Assembly (NCBI GenBank): GCA_035278325.1
Contig: DATEJD010000458.1
Span: 1 to 34,183, forward strand
Length of the DNA stretch: 34,183 bases
Reading direction: 5' to 3'
From: Gemmatimonadales bacterium
GTDB taxonomy: Bacteria; Gemmatimonadota; Gemmatimonadetes; Gemmatimonadales; GWC2-71-9
Shown here piece by piece: positions 30,875 to 34,183 of the stretch. Made by a program: the position numbers and the translations under genes. Positions within the stretch are counted from its first letter, which is position 1, and every line of letters begins with the position of its first letter. Under the pieces are notes generated by a model. That model saw only the letters and a program-made list of their open reading frames with translations, had not been told where the DNA came from and made no database searches.

Positions 30875-32329
30875 CTACGCCTCGCCCACCACCGGCCGCG
30901 ACCGGCTCACCAGCACCCCGCAGAGCCCGCCGTGCTGCGCCACGTTCACCACCTGCTTTTGCGATGCCCGCGCCAGGATCGCCACGCCGTCCTCCCCCGC
31001 CGCGAAACCCATCACCGTATAGAACGGCTCCACGTGCACTACGCCGTCGCTCCCCACCACCGGGAACTCGCGCACGGGGATCGTCGCCACCTGCTGGACT
31101 ACCCAGCGGTCGTCTTCGTCGGCGAGGGCAGTGGCCAGCGCGGCATCCCACTCGTCGCGAGTCACCGCCGGCCCGATCACGATGCCGTCGCCGCCATAGG
31201 CGCGGTTGGGCTTGAGCACCAGCGCTTCGTGGTGGCCGCGGGCGAAGTCCAGCAGGTGGCCCGACTGCCCGTCGGGCAGGGTCGTGCGCCGGTCGCCGAG
31301 CACACGGGTCCACAGGATGTGGCGTTGGAAGATCTGCCGCTCCGCCGGCGTGAAGTGCTGGCGGCACAGGCGCGGATCGGTCAGGACCTCCCAGCACGCC
31401 TTCTGGTCGAGGTCCGCCGCGATCGAAGAGACGACGCGATTCTCCCTGAGCAGCATGCGCATGGGCTCCACGTCCACGCCATCGGCCGCGAGCTCCAGCA
31501 GGTCCACCACACCGTAGTCGCGATAGGCGAGATCGACCCGCTGGTCCAGATACCACACTGCGCCGTCGCGCAGGGTGAGCTCCGAGGGGTCGGCGTGCAT
31601 GACGGTGAGTCCGTGGCGCTCGTGCAGGTAGCGCGCGAGGAGCGCCTGCTCGTCGGGTCCGTTGCCGGCGTACTTGGGCTCGACAAAACAGACGCCGGGT
31701 CCGGCGCCGATCGCGGCCATGTGCTCGAGCAGCACCCCGGTGAGCAGCTCCCGGATGTCCTTCCCCGCGGCCAGGTCCAGCCCGGTGTCGCCGCTTCGGA
31801 GCACCGGGACCACGATGCTCTCGATCAGCCGCTCGCAGGCCGGCACGATGTGCAGGCCGCCGATACCCATCATGTTCGGCTCGACGAACCGGAGCGACTC
31901 CTTCCACATGGGGCTGGTGAAGTCCACCAATGCGTCCAGCCGGCCGAATACCGGATTGCTGACCTCGTGACCCGGCCCCCAGCATTCGCGCAGCCAGGCT
32001 TCCTCCTCGTCGGGCAGCCGCAGGATCTCGCGCACGGTGAAGTCGTGGAGATAGAGCGACGGCAGCCGCTTGAGCGCGTTCTGCACCGTGAGCGTCACAT
32101 GGTGCACGTACGCCAGCTGGTCGGGCAGGATGGTGATGGGCGCCGGCAGGATCCGGATCGGCTCGACGTCGCCCTCGTGCAGGTACACCACGTGATCGGC
32201 GACGGCGCCGGCTCTGAGCCGCTCGATGATCCCGGCGAGCTCGGTGGGGGCCAGGCGATAGAGCGCGTGCTGGACCCGGCTGGCGAGCGCCAGCCCGGCG
32301 AGGCCATGCTCCTCGGCAGGGGTCAGCAT
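30875..32329 (-). CDS. ATP-grasp-like protein (circularly permuted type-2 ATP-grasp / glutathionylspermidine-synthase-like superfamily), function unknown
   Basis: 484 aa from ATG 32329 (GGAG 6 nt upstream). FGRLDALVDF...LRFVEPNMMGIGGL, LVLKPNRAYGGDGIVIG and QKQVVNVAQHGGLCGVLV resemble those families. Assigned from motif memory only. Confidence 0.55.
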   Translation of the reverse strand: MLTPAEEHGLAGLALASRVQHALYRLAPTELAGIIERLRAGAVADHVVYLHEGDVEPIRILPAPITILPDQLAYVHHVTLTVQNALKRLPSLYLHDFTVREILRLPDEEEAWLRECWGPGHEVSNPVFGRLDALVDFTSPMWKESLRFVEPNMMGIGGLHIVPACERLIESIVVPVLRSGDTGLDLAAGKDIRELLTGVLLEHMAAIGAGPGVCFVEPKYAGNGPDEQALLARYLHERHGLTVMHADPSELTLRDGAVWYLDQRVDLAYRDYGVVDLLELAADGVDVEPMRMLLRENRVVSSIAADLDQKACWEVLTDPRLCRQHFTPAERQIFQRHILWTRVLGDRRTTLPDGQSGHLLDFARGHHEALVLKPNRAYGGDGIVIGPAVTRDEWDAALATALADEDDRWVVQQVATIPVREFPVVGSDGVVHVEPFYTVMGFAAGEDGVAILARASQKQVVNVAQHGGLCGVLVSRSRPVVGEA

Positions 32330-32424
32330 CGGCACTCCGTCGCGGCGGGTGACGGGGGAACATGTGTATGTTACTCCCGGACCATCCCCACGCAACGACG
32401 GCCCGCTCACCCCTCAAGGACTTC

Positions 32425-33936
32425 ATGCGCGCGGACCAGGCCTACGACCAGCTGATGCAGCGGGTGCGGGAAGAGAGCATCCTCACCAGCATCGAGGCGC
32501 TCCTCGAGTGGGACGAGGAGACCTACATGCCGGCCGGGGGCGTCGAGAACCGGAGCGAGCAGCTCGCGCTGGTGGCCGGGCTGCTCCACTATCGCGGCAC
32601 CGATCCACGGCTGGGCGAGCTGCTCGATGCGCTGGAAGGCTCGGAGCTCCTCGCCGACCCGTCGTCGCCGGCGGCGGTGAACGTGCGGGCGGTCCGCCGC
32701 GAGTACGACCGATTCATCCGGCTGCCCCGCCGGCTGGTGGAGGACGTCGCCCGGACTACGGCGTTGGCCCAGACCGCCTGGGCCGACGCGCGCGCCGCGG
32801 CGGACTTCGCCCGCTTTCGACCTTGGCTCGAGCGGATCGTGAGCCTCAAGCGGCAAGAGGCCGAGTGCGTCGGGTACGCCGATGAGCCGTACGACGCGCT
32901 GCTCGAGGACTACGAGCCCGGCCTGCGGAGCCGGGTGGTGGCCCGCCTGTTCACCGCCCTCCGGCGCGAGCTGGTCCCGCTGGCCGCGCGGATCGCGGAT
33001 GCGCCTCGCCGTCCCGACCCGTCCGTGTTGCGGCGGCACTTCCCGCGCGACCGCCAGCGGCGATTCGGCGAGCGGGTGGCCACCGCGGTGGGGTTCGACT
33101 TCCGGCGCGGACGCATGGACCTGGGCGTGCACCCCTTCTGCACCGGCCTCGGGACCGGCGACTGTCGGATCGCGGTCCGGTTCGATGAGCGCGACTTCGC
33201 GGGCGGGCTGTTCACGATTCTGCACGAGGTGGGGCACGCGCTGTACGAGCAGGGCCTCGACCCCGAGCACTACGGGACGCCACTCGGCGAGGCAGCCTCC
33301 GTCGGGATGGACGAGGCGCAGGCGCGGTTCTGGGAGAACCGCGTCGGCCGCGATCGCCATTTCTGGGAGCACTTCTATCCCCAGGCGCGAGACCACTTTC
33401 CCGAGAGCCTGGGCGACGTGCCCCTGGATGAGCTGCACTTCGCCGTCAACCGGGTGGCGCCGTCGCACGTCCGGGTCAACGCCGACGAGGTCACCTACAA
33501 CCTCCACGTGATGATCCGATTCGACCTGGAGCGCGCCCTCATCTCGGGGGCATTGCCGGTGGCGGAGCTGCCGGAGGCCTGGAGCGCCGCGTGCCGCGAG
33601 ACGCTCGGGCTCACTCCCCGAAACGACGCCGAGGGCTGCCTCCAGGATGGCCACTGGGCCGATGGCATGATCGGCTACTTCCCCACCTACACACTGGGCG
33701 ACGTGTTCGCGGCCCAGCTCTTCGCGGCCGCCGAGCGAGCGCTCGGCCCGCTGGGCGAGCAGTTCGCCCGAGCCGAGTTCGCGCCGCTGCTCGGCTGGCT
33801 CGGCCGCACGGTGTACCGCCAGGGCGCCCGGTACCCATCGGCGCGCCTGATCGAGGTGGTGACCGGCTCGCCACCCGACCACCGGCCGCTGGTGGCGATG
33901 CTCAAGGCCAAGTACGAGGAGTTGTACGGGATCTGA
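32425..33936 (+). CDS. M32-family (Taq-like) zinc carboxypeptidase
   Basis: 503 aa from ATG 32425 (AAGGA 4 nt upstream). GVHPFCTG, GDCRIAVRFDE, LHEVGHALYEQG (HExxH), GMDEAQARFWEN, VNADEVTYNLHVMIRFDLE, IGYFPTYTLG. Confidence 0.9.
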   Translation: MRADQAYDQLMQRVREESILTSIEALLEWDEETYMPAGGVENRSEQLALVAGLLHYRGTDPRLGELLDALEGSELLADPSSPAAVNVRAVRREYDRFIRLPRRLVEDVARTTALAQTAWADARAAADFARFRPWLERIVSLKRQEAECVGYADEPYDALLEDYEPGLRSRVVARLFTALRRELVPLAARIADAPRRPDPSVLRRHFPRDRQRRFGERVATAVGFDFRRGRMDLGVHPFCTGLGTGDCRIAVRFDERDFAGGLFTILHEVGHALYEQGLDPEHYGTPLGEAASVGMDEAQARFWENRVGRDRHFWEHFYPQARDHFPESLGDVPLDELHFAVNRVAPSHVRVNADEVTYNLHVMIRFDLERALISGALPVAELPEAWSAACRETLGLTPRNDAEGCLQDGHWADGMIGYFPTYTLGDVFAAQLFAAAERALGPLGEQFARAEFAPLLGWLGRTVYRQGARYPSARLIEVVTGSPPDHRPLVAMLKAKYEELYGI

Positions 33937-34125
33937 GCAGGAATTGCAGCGCGCGTATTGCGGCGTGCTTCGGGGCGCCGCCGTTGCAATCGGTTGGGCA
34001 GGGGTAGGCGAGCGGGCTGGAGGTTCCGAAAGGGCGCATCGGAACGCGCCGGGGAGGAGACCGGGCGCAGTTTGCCCGGGCTCCGTACCAGATCGGTCCG
34101 CAGCGGCCTGAAGGACCTCCCAACC

Positions 34126-34153
34126 CGTCCCTCCGTCCTTCCGTCCGTCTCCC
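34126..34153. repeat. Octamer-type tandem array CGTCCCTC CGTCCTTC CGTC CGTCTCCC
   Basis: Read directly at the right edge of the window. The minus strand is G-rich (GGGAGACG GACG GAAGGACG GAGGGACG). Confidence 0.7.
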
Positions 34154-34183
34154 GAACATCCGCCGAACCCGCTATCCTTCCCC

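Noticed and set aside
30465-32426. 653-aa minus-strand ORF
   Set aside because: It is an alternative frame over the ATP-grasp-like gene and the MFS 3' end. It is Arg/Pro/Gly/Ala-rich, whereas the 30875..32329 frame gives a normal globular sequence with motifs.
32407-33882. 491-aa minus-strand ORF
   Set aside because: It is antisense to the M32 carboxypeptidase, which has unambiguous HExxH, HPF and GYFPTY motifs.
34023-34050. H-type pseudoknot formed by the two overlapping stems
   Set aside because: The topology would need a zero-length loop 3 to cross a 7-bp stem, which is sterically implausible. I treat them as alternative, mutually exclusive hairpins.
1-34183. tRNA, rRNA, tmRNA, RNase P or SRP RNA genes, and mobile elements (transposase, integrase, phage genes)
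   Set aside because: By eye I found no T-loop (GGTTCGAATCC-like) or other hallmark motifs in the few non-coding stretches, and no ORF with transposase, integrase or phage-like motifs. A covariance-model scan would be needed to exclude small RNAs rigorously.

Overview
Very GC-rich, densely coding bacterial chromosomal segment. Codons are strongly GC3-skewed, and the gene content (GWxTD protein, ECF sigma pair, MMPL, many secreted hydrolases) suggests a soil Gemmatimonadota- or Acidobacteriota-like organism; that taxonomic guess is inference only. I support about 31 CDS, mostly housekeeping or envelope and metabolic genes: rnd, polA, pyrE, a DctA-type symporter, Xaa-Pro aminopeptidase, M32 carboxypeptidase, two beta-lactamase-fold serine hydrolases, an MMPL/RND exporter, an MFS transporter, a Hanks kinase, an ECF sigma/anti-sigma pair, a GT4 glycosyltransferase with a GDE-type glucosidase, and a form IV RuBisCO-like protein coupled to a cupin. 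Many neighbouring genes overlap by 4, 8 or 11 nt (ATGA/GTGA type), which indicates translational coupling. I found no rRNA, tRNA, CRISPR array, transposase, integrase or recognisable defence genes. Many long ORFs in the track are antisense or off-frame shadows typical of high-GC DNA, and several track ORFs carry false N-terminal extensions (polA by about 190 codons). One real gene at the left edge, a thioesterase/alpha-beta-hydrolase fusion, is missing from the track. The most unusual signals are non-coding. First, a roughly 250-bp palindromic module between two convergent genes is built from inverted arrays of an 8-nt repeat (CGATAGGG, 32 bp perfectly complementary) around a perfect 16-bp hairpin, and related octamer arrays occur in two other intergenic regions. 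Second, an exact sigma-54 promoter (TGGCAC-N5-TTGC) drives an orphan Cys-rich lipoprotein through a roughly 155-nt leader that can switch between a decoy pairing and a Shine-Dalgarno-sequestering pairing. The RLP-cupin pair resembles the MTA-isoprenoid shunt module. A tandem-cupredoxin protein beside the ECF pair and a divergent ATP-grasp-like/M32 carboxypeptidase pair are also worth follow-up. I cannot show that any of these is a new system from sequence alone.
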